Shown here: one piece after another, positions 14,584 through 28,287 of the stretch | Layout of the letters: every line of letters starts with the position of its first letter | Numbering within the stretch: position 1 is the first letter of the stretch | Assembly (NCBI RefSeq): GCF_009914755.1 | Contig: NC_060928.1 | DNA length: 64,000 bases | Origin: the human T2T-CHM13v2.0 reference genome, Homo sapiens | Reading direction: 5' to 3' (one strand) | Made by a program: the position numbers and the translations under genes | Notes under the pieces: generated by a model | Seen by the model: the letters and a program-made list of their open reading frames with translations, nothing else | What the model was told of the DNA's origin: nothing | Databases searched by the model: none

Positions 14584-15385
14584 GTGTAGCTGTCCTTAAA
14601 TTGCAGGCAAGCAAGAGAGGTATCACCAGGAAACTTGTTATGAGTATAAATTCTCAGGCCCTGCTTCAGACATACTGAACAAGAAACTCTGGGAGTAAGG
14701 CCCGGTGTATTAGATTGCTATTGCTATGTAACAAATTGACAAAAATGTAGCAAATTAAAACAACATTCATTTATCAGCTCATAGATGATAGGCCAAAATC
14801 CATCACAGCATGATTAGGTTTTCTGCTCAGGTTATAACTAGGCTAGAATAAAGGTGTAGGCTGAGCTGAGTTCTTGTCAGGAAGCTCAAGAGAAAAACCT
14901 CCTTCCCAGCTCACTGTGGATATTGGATACATCCATTTCCCGCCAAATAGGGCTGAAGTCCCATGTCTTGCTGGCTGTCAGCCAAGGGCTGGCCTCAGCT
15001 CCAAGAGGCTGCCCTTGTTCTTTGCTGTGTGGCCCCTTCCTTTGTTAAGTCAGAATGGTGCCCCATGTCTTTCTAATGTTTCTAATTTCTCACTTCCTCC
15101 ATTACTGAGTGACTAACTCAGAGTTAAAGGGCTCATGGATTAAATCAGGCACGATCTCCCTCTCATAAAGTCAACTGACTTGGGACCTTAATTACCTCTT
15201 TGATAATGTCTTTACAGCAGCAACTAAATTTGTGTTTGATTGAATATGTGTGAGAAGGTGTACATACAACTGGGGCCAGAAATCTTGAGGGCCGTCTTAG
15301 AATTCTGCCTACTACAGGTTAACAGTCTGGGTTTTGACGAGTTCTCCCGGTAATTCTGAAGCATGCTAAATGTTCAGAACCAAAA
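14584..15385. mobile_element. MER5A-like hAT relic split by an MLT1E LTR (pieces 14584-14705, 15317-15385)
   Basis: 'aaattctcaggccctgcttcagacatactgaacaagaaactctgggagtaaggccc' resumes as 'gtctgggttttgacgagttctcccggtaattctgaagcatgctaaatgttcagaacca'. Confidence 0.75.
14706..15316 (-). mobile_element. MLT1E-like MaLR solo LTR
   Basis: Starts 'tgtattagattgctattgctatgtaacaaattg' and ends 'gccgtcttagaattctgcctactaca', typical MLT1D/E termini. Confidence 0.85.
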
Positions 15386-15409
15386 CTCTTGCACTTAGTT
15401 CTCCATTTA

Positions 15410-15521
15410 ATATGAGCCACTCTTCTTGGTTTCCTAGGGCTTTCTCGGTTTCAACATGGAAAGTCCGGTGTCCAGGAAATCCCACTAGTACAGGGCAAAC
15501 CCATATGGGTTACTGACTCTA
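15410..15521. mobile_element. MER81-like hAT-Blackjack MITE
   Basis: 'ggaaagtccggtgtccaggaaatcccactagtacagggcaaacc..tgactcta' resembles MER81/MER94. Confidence 0.6.
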
Positions 15522-16170
15522 GGTCTCTGCTTTCCGTCCCTTGTCTGTCCTAACAGAAGCCCTCATCTCACCATTATTATCATTTATTTTACAAAACGAT
15601 AAAGTACTTTTTATCAGTGGCTGAAAGATGCACCTGTACATATTTTCTACCCTGGAGATATTTCATATAATTTGTTATGAAATTCTCTTAAGTTAGCATA
15701 TGAATGCACATAATGTGAGATAGAGCTGAAACTGAAACATACTATCCTTGAAACACAAATTTAACTTCTATTGTTTCTTAATTTTAGAGCCTTCCTCAAA
15801 ATATAACTAACATGTTATTTCTAAATAAATGAGTAAGTGAATGAGTGAAGTATATGTGCAACTGCAATTGCTTAATTGCTGAAGAAATCATTATAACCTA
15901 CTAAATGTTAGTCTCTTCTGTCTACTCTAAAATATTGCAGAAATTATGATACTTGCTTTGTCAGAGACTCAAACTGGGAAAAGCACTACCATTTGAAATT
16001 TTGAGAGAAAAGAAAACTGTCATATCCAGACTACCAATTAATATTTTTACTTAGAGGTGACCACGTAATTTTGTTCACTTGTTATTGATCAAAGGACATT
16101 GCATAGCAGTGCCTAACTTCAAGTGGCAAGAGAGATATCATTCCAGATGCCTAGGGAATATCACTTCCAT

Positions 16171-16272
16171 TGTGTGTGTCCGTGTATTTGTGTGTCTGTC
16201 TGTGTGAGAGAGAAAGAGAGAGAGAGAGGAAAAGAGTAGTAATAAAGTGTATATGTCTGTGTGTGAGAGAGA
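16171..16272. repeat. Degenerate (TG)n/(GA)n simple repeats
   Basis: Visible tgtgtg and gagagaga tracts. Confidence 0.8.
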
Positions 16273-17419
16273 GGACATCTCTCTTTTCTATGTCAGAAAA
16301 ACTAAAATTCTCATGACAGCCTATTATATTAGAATGTCAGAAGAATTATAAAAGTAAGTTTGTGATTCTAGTAAGTAACTGGGGGATGGGTCATAATCAA
16401 TAACTTAAACTCAGAAATTTAGACAGTTTGGCAATGGCTGTCAAATTTTGTAGAAACAAGCCATCAAAAGGAATATTGTTATATCATTTTTTGTTAAGTA
16501 GTAACTAAAATTGTAGTACTAATATGATTAGTTAAATTTTAATTAAAATACCAAAAACTGTTTTAATCTAGATGAAATTTGGAAGTCTATTTATGTTTAT
16601 AATTTGGAGGCAAAGTCTACAGATATGGAACCTATTGGAAACAATTGAGCCTGTTTTCATCTCCCTTACATAAACCAAGTTCATGATTCCATTGGCTGAG
16701 AAATCACAAGCTCTGTCAGATACTCAGGTCAAATCTTATGCCATTCTTGGTTTTTCCCAACTGCAGGTCAGAATCTACTGCAAGACTCTGAAAATGGTTA
16801 AACAAAGGAAGAAGTAGAATTTGAAATCAACAGAAGTGCTCAGGGTAGATTAGAGCTATCATTGGTCTATAATCCTTTCATTATAAAAAAAAAATTGGAG
16901 ACTAGTGTGGATTATATTGAAGAGAATGGTTTTCATGGTAAAAGGGAGAGATGGAGCCTAGATACTTCTATTAAATAGGCATAAAGCCTGGAAAAATCAA
17001 TTTAATCAAACCCTGCAAATATTGGAGGAGGTATCTGGTTTGATTTAGGGAAGAGTTTAAAGTCAAGTCACTCTTTTAGTGAGAATAAAATTTCCTACTT
17101 CTATGTAATTCTTGGAAAACTTTTAAGTTTATTATTATCATATTAATATCTACATCACCTATAGGTAATACACAGTGTTATTTTCAATAGGGCCAATTGA
17201 AACAGAAGCACTTTGCAGAATGAGAAATAGGTGGGCCTTGCCTTTATTATAGATGATGATGATTTGCTTTATAAGTACACACTAAAACTGAGATGGAAGG
17301 AAAACACTAATTCCTAAATTTTAAGCATGCTCTAAAATTTTACATCCGCAGGAGAGTGAGAGAATAAACATGTTGGGGTAAATGTGTATATGCATAACTG
17401 TATGTATCTTCATTTATAC

Positions 17420-17488
17420 CTACCTATCTATCCATCTATTTATCTGTCTGTCTCTCTGTCTATTATCTGTCTATCATCTATCTATCTA

Positions 17489-17522
<34 letters not shown>

Positions 17523-17523
17523 C
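17420..17523. repeat. Compound (TATC)n/(TGTC)n microsatellite
   Basis: tatctatc...tgtctgtctgtc runs read directly. Confidence 0.92.
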
Positions 17524-19875
17524 AAATCTTTCCAAATCGTAGGGTTTTTGTTGATGTTGTTTGTTGGTTTCCTTAAGGACAAGTCTTGGGGTGATAGGCA
17601 TTTTAAACATTTTGGTATGTTGACTGAACTGCACATCAAGCCTGTGGCTTACAAGAAAACTCGACCTATTTTCATGTCTGTTGGATATATGTCAACAAGT
17701 ATCATAGAACCCTCATCCACTTTGAAAAATAGCGTAGTTGATTTTGGAATTAGGAACATCCATGGCATCAAGAAAGGTACCTGAATTTTCAGCCATCCCC
17801 CGTGTTACAGAACTATCTTTGAAATCTGTTGTTGTTTGATGGGATTTGTGAAACAAAGAGAAGAGAAATTTTAAAAGATCCATTTGGAAGAAGTAAGAAT
17901 GGAGTTTGAAAGGATTTTCTGTGAGGAAGGTAAAGATAAAAAATGAAGCTTTCCCAAGAGCAACGTCTACAGGAGGAAGGTATACATCAATCACTGCCAA
18001 CAGCCTCCCTGGAGGCCGTTGAGGAACAGATCAAATGCAAACAAGCCAGACGGGGAATGTGGACAAGCAGTTGCCATGTCATTCACTCTTCTTTCAAAGC
18101 AAATAAAGGGGAGGCCAGGTAAGCTATGTGAGTCCACTTATGTGGGATTTTAATGACTCGGAACTTACAAGTAGGTTCAGATTCATTCATTCCTCTTTAC
18201 CTTGACCTGGTCCTGGACTTTGCCTGGATTGTCAGGTAGCAGCATTTTCTTTCCCAATCTGTGCATAATAACGGAAGAATTATACATGCTGTGGGTGCTG
18301 TATTAAAAGGAATTTAATGTGAACAACAAAAGGTTAAGGCCATTTTCTTCCCAAAGTCATTTTGTTCCTTTCTCTGCCCTTAAAAAATACTGCAACAGAA
18401 ATTCATCACATTCGAGTTGATACAACACTGTCAGAATTAGACACTACATACTAAAACCTTGTTATAATTCTCTCAGCAGGTTCTAGAACTTCATAATTTC
18501 TTTTAAATGAAGAGAATAGATTTCCAAAATGATGACCACTCCTGAATTATATTAAATGTTAAATCATTTAAATATGATTTTCAAATGGTTTGAAAGTAGC
18601 TATGTATATAATGTCACACCTACGCTTACACAAACTCTTCATTATTTATAATTAGTTTTATGGTAAAGTTTTATTCTCATGATTATTCATAAAGTACTCT
18701 CAATAGAAGATCCTGAGGGTAAAGACTCTTTAAAGTGAAAATATTCTATAAACGAACACCTGAATTCTTATTTTATAATGTATTAACAAAACACATTTGT
18801 ATTATTTTGTAGTTCAGACGTCTTTTTCCTTTTTTGAGTATATCTATTGCATTTTACAGATATAACCTGTTTAACTTCTATATAGAAATCTTATTTTGAG
18901 AAAGACACTAATAATCATACCAGTAAGATACTGGTTTACTATTAAAAGTTATATTACTAAATTTTAATAATGCTTATGTTTCTTCCAGCTGTGATGCAAT
19001 ATAAGCATCATTTCTTGAATGCCTTTAGATACAGTCAGTGTATAAATCATGCATGCCTAGTGAAATGCATTATAGGTATCGAGCGTCTTGTCTTCTCAAG
19101 TCCATTATTGTGCTTAGTGCACATGATTATCACTAACAGAGAAAAAACATGAAGGTCTAAACATATTTATATTTTATCCATTTTCCCTTTTTAATAGATG
19201 AAAATTACTTGTTGTGAAATACTGGCCTTTAGCTTTCCCTAACAATCTCAGAACCTAGGATGTTTATACAGGGAGAGAGGTGAACAAGTGAGGTGAAGGG
19301 GTGAAAATAGCATGACATGTTCAGCAATTTATTTCTTGAGAAGAGGGGTGGAAAGCCAAGTAAGATGGCTATATATTGTTTTAATTTATTTTGCTAAATA
19401 GCTATCAGTGCCCATTGTGGTCATTGTATGATTGTTATTGAAATTTACAGAAAGAGATAAGAAATTGGTAGGACAACCTGAATTCCTGTTCACATTTTAT
19501 TCATATGATGATTATTCCAACATAAATCTAGTCTCCTGTCATTATCCTCGCTCTTTCATATTTTTTTTAATTTTTTAAAAATCATTTCCTCCTTTAGTTG
19601 GTCATTGGGCTCATTTACATACACACCTTTCTAAAAGCTGGAAATGACATATTATTTTGTTATAATTCTATAATTTTAATTAATAATAAATTAATACATT
19701 TTAATTAGTAAATGTGTACAAAAATTAATAAATATATATATATATCTTGTATAAAGCTTAATGTTGGTTTCATGTTGTCTTATCTTTTAAATTATTTAAC
19801 TGATACTTAGAAGTTGCCTAATTATAAATTGAATGCAGGAGGAATAAAAGAACAAGCTATAGGTTTTAGGGGGTC

Positions 19876-19915
19876 TGTATCAGACAGGGTTTGCCAGAGA
19901 AACAGAATCCATAGG

Positions 19916-19948
<33 letters not shown>

Positions 19949-20397
19949 TGCACACACACACACACACACATATGGAGAGAGATTTATTTTAAGAAATTGG
20001 CTCATGCAATTGTGGAGGCTTGATGAGCTACACAGTCTGATGGCAGAAGCTGTTAGACTCAGGAAAGAGTTGTACTTCCAGTCCAAAGGCAGCCTGCTGT
20101 GGAACCGGGAAGATCCAGTGGTGCAGATGAAGTCTGAAGGTAGTCCACTGAGAATTCTCTCTTGCTAGAGGTGTGGGGTGGTCCTGAGGGAGGGACAGGA
20201 CCGCTTTTCATTCTGTTCAGCCTTTCAATTGATTGGATGAGTCCCACACACATTGTGGATCGCAATCTGCTTTGCTGAAAATCTACCTGTTTAAATGTCA
20301 ATCCCAACCAAAAACGCCCTCACGGAAACATCTAAATAATGCTTTACCAAATACCTGGGCACTGTGGTTTAGACAAGTTGACACATTAATAATCACA
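19876..20397 (-). mobile_element. MLT2 (ERVL) solo LTR
   Basis: 'tgtatcagacagggtttgccagagaaacagaatccatagga..gagatttattttaagaaattggctcatg..caagttgacacattaataatcaca'. Perfect 5-bp TSD GGGTC (19871-19875, 20398-20402). Confidence 0.93.
19919..19970. repeat. (TG)14-CATG-(CA)10 microsatellite inside MLT2
   Basis: Read directly. Confidence 0.95.
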
Positions 20398-20436
20398 GGG
20401 TCAAAAATTCCATTCTGATATTGCAAGCGTAACCAA

Positions 20437-20814
<378 letters not shown>

Positions 20815-22146
20815 TTAATGAAAAAATCTAAGTAGGATATGGCTCATCTAGATACAAAAGGTGGCCCCGATAATCCCTTTCTTTATGATTTCTGTGTTTC
20901 AGTGCATGCAAAAAAGAATTATTCCTGTTGAACTAACAAACTAGTAAGAAAGTCTGTTTTATCATCCTATAATTCAAGGAGTCACACATCAGAGAAATGC
21001 AGCACGATGCCACCAGCTCAGAGAACATAAAACATGTACCCAAATACATTGGGGGAATCAGAGTCTGAGCCCAGCAAATTTGAATGAATTGCAATATGGG
21101 CCACTATGAGACATTTTGAAGAAACTCAGTGTCTGATACCAGCCCAGAACCATCTTATTCAGATGTGTGATGCATCTCTCTTTGACTTAATTCCTGCCAC
21201 TGGCATGTATGCAATTCCATAAATAGATTCTTACAGGGGATCCCTTGGTTGGGCCATGCTTCTTTCCAGGACAATAATGACAAGAACAGTAAGGGATACC
21301 TAAGATGAAATTTCTGAAATGACTTATTATTAGTTTATATATCCTGAGCAGATCATTTAATCAAAAGTCTCAAAATTCTCTGCCATGAGTCAGATTAAAT
21401 TCTCTGCCAGGAGTCAGATTCAAAGTCAAAAATTAAATTGATTTCCAGAAATATAGTTTCAAGATGGCATATCTGAATCACATTGACTCTAGAATGCTTG
21501 GAATATTGTAATCATTACACTAAGAAAAATATCCCAGTTTTAGCTTCAGTCATAGTTTTTTATTTTTTGTTTGGTAAGTAAAATATTAGCATCATTTAAA
21601 AAACAGAAATTAAGTACAGCCAGATCACACTGAGATTTAATCTGAAAGACAAGGACCAAGTTTATGTTATCTCCATCAGAGCTATAGTTTTTCACCAGAG
21701 ACTTTTGTTAAGTTTTTGATTTATTTTCCTGTCTCAATAACAAAAAGGCATTCTATCTGGCTTCTGTTGGATAATTGACTAAATCTTCAGTGTGCTCATC
21801 CAAATATTTTGCCCCAACTTGGGTCAGTTGTCTACCATGTTCTTAACAGTTGTGATTATGTAAATAAAACCATTAGGCACAAATATGACCCCCAGTCCCA
21901 TATCTTCTGACGGGCTGTGGGTCCCATATCTTCTGAGGGGCTGTGGATGAAGGCAAATTATCTTGGAAAGTGTCAGAAAGTAGTCAATAAGTATTATCTC
22001 AGAACAAAATGCTTAAAAATACTCATTTTACTTTTCTAAAAACCATACAAACAATTTTCAATAGTTTTAAAATTTCATTCAAAACATATATTCACGAGAA
22101 ATTAATATGTTTTTTATTTCAAAATTATCTTAATGGTAAATTTGTC

Positions 22147-22467
22147 TTTTTTTCTTTTTTTTTTTTTTTTTTTTTTTTTTTTGAGATGAAGTCTTGCTCT
22201 GTCACCCAGGCTGGAGTGTAGTGGCGTGTTCTTGGCTCACCGCAACCTCTGACTCCTGGGTTCAAGTGATTCTCCTGCCTCAGCCTCCCGAGTAGAGTAG
22301 CTGAGATTACAGGCACACACCACCATGCTCAGCTAATTTTTGTATTTTTAGTAGAGACAGGGTTTCACCATGTTGGCCAGGATGGTCTCAATTTCCTGAC
22401 CTCAGGACCCACCTGCCTCAGCCTCCGGAAGTGCTGGGATTACAGAAGTGAGCCGCTGCGTCCAGCC
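22147..22467 (-). mobile_element. AluS
   Basis: Long T tract, full dimer; TSD core aatttgtctt. Confidence 0.95.
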
Positions 22468-25294
22468 TAATTTGTCTTCTTTTTAAACAGACCTCCTCCA
22501 GAAAAAAAAAAAAATCACCCACAATTGCTTAACTTTTATAAAGTCCATGGTTAAGAATTCATATTTAATGAATGCACATAATTTGTTTTCACTACAAAAT
22601 TTAAAAACACAGTTACTGGTTTACAGAATTTGAGGATTAGTCTTTTTCCTAACTCACTAAAAAACCACCCACAAATCTTTACTTTCACACATATTGGAAG
22701 TTTTTCACTAAGTAATTGCATACCAGAATTTGGAAATTGGTATTCATATCACATGGGGACAGTGTTGAACCTTAAATCACATTCTTTCTTTAGGTGACAT
22801 CTTATAACATTGAATGATGGCATAATTTTTGTATCAGAGTTTCTTCAGTCTTAGGACTCTTACTTTTTTTTCCTCTTGGTTTAAATGACACAATTACAGC
22901 AAGGACAAATTTAGTGATTTGCTCTTTTGGTAACATCTTCTCTAAATAAGAACATCTGTTTTACAGTCACTTCCTGTTTATAGGGTAAGCTATTGTAGTT
23001 AAATTTTAAAATGTCAAACTCAATCAAAAATACTGATCTGTTTCAGTGTGCAAGGGAAATGGCTAATGTGTATAACAACTCAATATAATCTAGTGGCAAG
23101 AATACTCTGCTGGGAATAGGGAGGGCTGCTTTCTATTCCCAATTCTCTCATGAATTATTGGTCTTGTCTACAAAAGGATAAAAAGTTATTCCAAGGACAA
23201 ACAGGCTAATGAACCTAAGGAAGAACCTAGTATATAAATGGGAGATTCTGATTGCTCCAACAAAGTATTTATGTTCTCAATTAAGGTTACACTATTCTCT
23301 TATTTTGAACATAACTGGATTTCCTACTATGTCTTTAAGTATTTGTGACATATATGGCATTAACCTAAACATAAACAGGGATTGACTAAGCAGAATAGAG
23401 CAAAGGAAGTGGTGTCTTGGTGGATTTTGGCTGATGGGCGCAGGGGTCAACTGGAAGGTGTCTTGAGTACCACGTGGGCTAAGGAATGTGTTGGAGGCAA
23501 ACAAAATGCAAGAGAATACTGAAAAAACATTCCAATACCTAGAAATTTGCTCTGACGCTGCAGAATGCTTCTTAAAATTTTTAGTAGCAGGAACCTAAAA
23601 CACGAAGTCTATGCACTTTTCTCTTTATGTTCGCTCATAAAGGGTGATTCTAGAACTTCTATGATAGTTGTGGTAGTGCAGTGTAGTCATCTGTGACTTA
23701 TCTATTTGATAGCATAATTCCAGATGACCAGAAATGCCAGTTGGCCCGAACTGAACAAATTTTACTGCCAGATGTGCAGTCCTAATCACAATGTGTGCAT
23801 TCTATTCAGCAAGCAGCAATGTTTCTTGCTTGAGCAACAGCTGTGAACTGCCAAAGCATATCAATTTTGAGTGAAATTTGACTCAAATAATTACTTGAAA
23901 GTATGACTAAAACCACTGTATTTCTAAGGGTTTTAAGTAGGAAAAATTTAGAGTAGTAAAGTGAAAAAAAAGAAATAAAAACAAAGCAGCAACAAACTAG
24001 CAAACAAAAATAGAAACGATGGAAAGATTTCTCAAATGCATTTAGAAATGGCGAATGAATACATAATCTTTTCCTGTCCATATCTTCCCCTCATTCCTAT
24101 CCAGTTGTTATTGAGGATAAGCAAGAGATTTAAAGTTGACATTCAAGTTGACAAAAAAAGACATTAAACCTAAAATTATGGGAAGCACAGCTGAGAGTTA
24201 GGAAACTATGTTTTCTGGTCCAGTCCCTGATATGTCAATAACTTCAAACTGCAGAAAGACATCATCCATTCCCTTTTCCTCTTCATTCTGTATTTAACTC
24301 TTTAGCCGTTTGCCCCAGCTAAAGATCACTTTACCCTATTGTCTGCATAATGGCAACACCAGCAAAATTACCTTAAATTTGCTATGATGTCAGCCGTGTA
24401 CACATACCCCCCCCAACTTATAATCAGTGCACAGGAAATTTCAGTGATTCAAAGATCACTGAAATTAGTGCTTTTTTGTTTGTTTAGTTAATTGCATATA
24501 TGTATAAGGTGAGGTCTTTCATTGTCTAGTGTGATGAGACACTTCTGTGCTGTAGGTATTAAGAATGATTGGTTTACTTTGAAGGGCAAGCACAGGATGA
24601 GGGAGGAATTGCTAGTTTAATCAAAGATCCTTTGTTATTAGGGATTGCTGCAATTAAGACTACTTAGAATAATGATACAGGGTTAGTAGTCATCTTCAGA
24701 GAGAGAGTAGGAGAGGGAAAATGGGAGAAGAATGGATTTATTCAAATCTAGTATTTCCAATTATTAAGTAAAAAAATAACAAAAACAAAAACAAAAAACC
24801 TGCTTAATTGTGGAAGAAAATCTGCGACAGAGAAAGGAAACGTGATTCTGGGCTTGATAAAACCTCTGTGTCCTGCTGTCGCTTGGAGAAGTGATATTAA
24901 TGAGCAGGCCGAGGTGCTGATAGAGGCAAGGGTTCCTTTGGAAAGGAAGAAGTATACTGCCCGGTCACCATAACTGGGCTTTGATGCAACAGTTCTGGTG
25001 AGAGCCCTCCTGCAGCCCCCATCATTGTCATTTCTCTTCGCCTACTTCCTTCCCAAGAAATAACGACCTCTAACATGCCCAAGACAAGAGACAATAACCC
25101 ATATTATAGAACTTCCCTCACATTCAGAAAATAATGGGTTACAACGACATGCCAAGATGCAGAAGATTCCCAACCATAAGCCCCATTGGCTTTGCAGATT
25201 CTGTTGCACTAAATAGATAGAGGGTACCATGCTTGCTTCTGTTACCAGTAGAGTGAGTAGGGACTTGAGGGTCAGTATTCAGGGGATCGGGTAG

Positions 25295-25445
25295 AATGGT
25301 GTTTCTCAAACTTTATAATGCATTCAAACTATCTGGAGATCTTGATAAAATGTAGATTATGACACAGTAAATCAGGGTGAAGCCTGAGAGTCTGCATTTA
25401 TTTAAAAGCTCCCAAGTAATAAAGATGCTGCTTGTCCTTTGAGTA
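25295..25445. mobile_element. MER5-like hAT relic
   Basis: 'gtgtttctcaaacttt..atctggagatcttgataaaatgtagatt..agcctgagagtctgcattt..aagctcccaagtaataaagatgctgct'. Confidence 0.75.
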
Positions 25446-25828
25446 GGAGAGGCTACAGCACAATATTTACATCCTAGTTGGTGGAGATGTTGAGAGTGGT
25501 ACTCTGGTTACATTATCATTATATGGGAATCTAGTTATTCTTTATTATGTGATTTAAAACTACGATCAGTGGGCTTATTGCATTTTAGATCTAATTCTTT
25601 AAACAGTTAAGAAGACAGAACAACAGAAATCTGCATTAGATTGCATATTTCACCCCTGTTAAACTGAATACCTCACCCCACATTTTATGAAAATAATTTT
25701 AAAAACCTCATTTCCTATTCAGAAATAAATCTCATCCCACATAATTTTAAAAATATCAATGTTATAGCATGATTGTAAAGCAAAGAAAATAAATGGAAAG
25801 TAATGAATTATAAAATAATGAGAATTTT

Positions 25829-26132
25829 GGCCAGGCACAATGGCTCACGCCTGTGATCCCAGCACTTTGGGAGGCTGAGGCGGGTGGATCACAAGGTCAG
25901 GAATTTGAAACCAGCCTGACCAACATGGTGAAACCCTGTCTCTACTAAAAGTACAAAAATCAGCTGGGCATGTTGGCATGCACCTGTAATCCCAGCTACT
26001 GAGGGAGGAGGGAGGCTGAGGGAGGAGAAGGCTTGAACCTGGGAGGCTGAGGTTGCAGTGAGCCGAGATCGCGCCACTGCACTCCAGCCTAGGTGACAGA
26101 GCAAAACTCCATCTCAAAAGATAATAATAATT
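25829..26132 (+). mobile_element. AluS
   Basis: Full dimer; perfect 14-bp TSD ataatgagaatttt (25815-25828, 26133-26146). Confidence 0.96.
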
Positions 26133-26469
26133 ATAATGAGAATTTTAATATGTAAATTTCTAGGCACAATGACACAATTAGACATAATGAAGTAGTCAAA
26201 TGCTTGCTCTTATGTGAGAAATCATATCTTGGCAGCTACCATCCAGACCTACACTATGTGTTTCATTAAAAACATAAGCAACAGCGTTGCTGTTGATGAT
26301 GCAATTTTTCCAAAAGGATACAGTCTTTCTCTCGTTTGCCAGGCATTTGCATGCCTGGAAAATTCAGAATGTGTAAGAACAATGCCAAAATTGTTTGCAT
26401 TTACATAAAAACAGAGTGAGTTTCTTGGCTTAGATATTTATAAACAGGCTTTCACATATACTAATGAAC

Positions 26470-26845
26470 CCTAGGACTTGCAACTCAGAAAAGTGTTCTG
26501 AGAACCAGCAACATGGTTCTCACCGGAGAGCTGGTCAGAACTCACAATTTGACAGGAATATTTGGGTGATGTAAAAACACAGTAATGTCTCAGAAGCACT
26601 GCCTTACAATATTGAGGACATTCACTCAAAAGCCTAGCCAGACAAAAGATGGTTCTTGGTTACATGGGTATTGTCATGACATTGCAAGAAATCTGGCTTC
26701 CCTGGTTGCTCACTAGAGGGCCATACCCCATTATCCTAACAATCAAAAACACCCTCAGAACACCTCACCAGAGGCCAGATATCCCACTGTCCTTATAAAC
26801 AAAAACACGCCTCTAGGGTGTTGCACTTCCTTTTTGAGAACCATA
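26470..26845. mobile_element. Degraded hAT relics (MER5-like then MER20-like)
   Basis: 'aaagtgttctgagaaccagcaacat..agaagcactg' followed by 'cactagagggcca..aacaatcaaaaacacc..ttgagaacca'. Confidence 0.5.
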
Positions 26846-27019
26846 TTGAGTCTGTGTGCAGAGATTTCTCACAATCCTAATTTCTGTTCATGCATTACCC
26901 AATACTTTATTTTTCTTTACAGGACGCTATAATACTACATATCCCTTAATACCATTTAGAACAGAATGTTAGTTATAAAATATAAAAGAAATGAAATGAA
27001 AATCTCAAAAAAATATTTG

Positions 27020-27315
27020 GGCCAGGCATAGTGGCTCACGCCCGTAATCCCAGCACGTTGGGAGGCCAGGACAAGTGGATCACCTGAGGTCAGGAGTTTG
27101 GGATCAGCCTGGCCAACATGGTGAAACCCTGTCTCTACTAAAACTAGAAAAATTAGCCAGGCATGGTGTTGGGCACCTACTTGGGAGGCTGAGGCAGGAG
27201 AACCGCTTGAACCTGGGAGGCAGAGGTTGCAGTGAGTCGAGATCACACCACTGCACTACAGCCTGGGAGACAGAGTAAGAATCAATTTCAAAAGATAAAT
27301 AAATAAATAAATAAA
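27020..27315 (+). mobile_element. AluS with (TAAA)n tail and small internal deletion
   Basis: Dimer; right arm reads 'gggcacctacttgggagg' (lacks gtaatcccagc). Confidence 0.95.
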
Positions 27316-27546
27316 TATTAAATTAATAGAAATAAAATTATTTACTTAAATAAATGAAATATAGCTATAAAATTATAAAAATAAAATATAGAATATGTTA
27401 TAATTATTTTTCTTATTATGCTATTTTGGGTTATTGAAAGATGATTACATGATGTTGAAATTCCAGAAATTACCAATTAAAGTTTCCAATAACTTGTCTT
27501 AGCAATTCAAAGTGTCTATAAAATCTCTAAAAAGAAAGCAATGATT

Positions 27547-27811
27547 GGCTGGATATGGTGGCTCATACCTGTAATACAAGCTCTTTGGGGGGTCAAAGCA
27601 GGAGGATTGCTTAAGGCCAAGAGTTCAAGACCAGAAGAGGCAGCATGGCAAGACCTCCAACTCCATAAAAAGTAAATAGGAAATTAACCAGGAGTGGTGG
27701 CTCGTACCTGTAATCCTTGCACTTTGGGAGGCAGAAGTGGAAAGATCACTTGAGCCCAGGAATTCCAGGCTGCAGTGAGACACTGCCTTAAAAAAAAAAA
27801 AAAAAAAAAAA
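27547..27811 (+). mobile_element. AluJ
   Basis: 'ggaggattgcttaaggccaagagttcaagacc..ttgagcccaggaattccaggctgcagtgag' plus poly(A). Confidence 0.9.
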
Positions 27812-28287
27812 GTGGTGACAGCCATTTGGTTGTTGGCATGCAATGTCTACAAGAAGAAGGCAGAATTTCAAAGCAAGGGTTGCAGGCCAGTGTTATACAG
27901 AAACATACTATGTTAGTGTCAGGGTACAATTTTGAAATTTCAATCTAAGAGAGCAGCATTTCTTAGCTCCTTGTATTTTCCATGCTATAATATGGGCCTA
28001 CGAATCCCAGATCCATTAAAATTTTAATGAAAGTGAAAAATCTAAATGTTTATTCAAAAACTTCTGATTGTTATAACATTAGCAACAAATTTATTTTTTT
28101 AACTAATTAATATAGTACTTTACCCAAACAAATCAAGCAGGGAGATTCTAAAACCTTTTTATTAGTATTTCATTCTGTACCATTATAGATTTGACAATTA
28201 GGTCAATTTAACATAATGTGCTATTTTCTATACATTTAATTTGAGAAGTATACAGTAAAAAACAAACAAACAAAAAAAACCCATATA

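Noticed and set aside
17548-18000. 78-aa and 95-aa ORFs in unique DNA as CDS or processed pseudogene
   Set aside because: No recognisable protein similarity, no ATG start, and no poly(A)/TSD. Kept only as a weak exon candidate.
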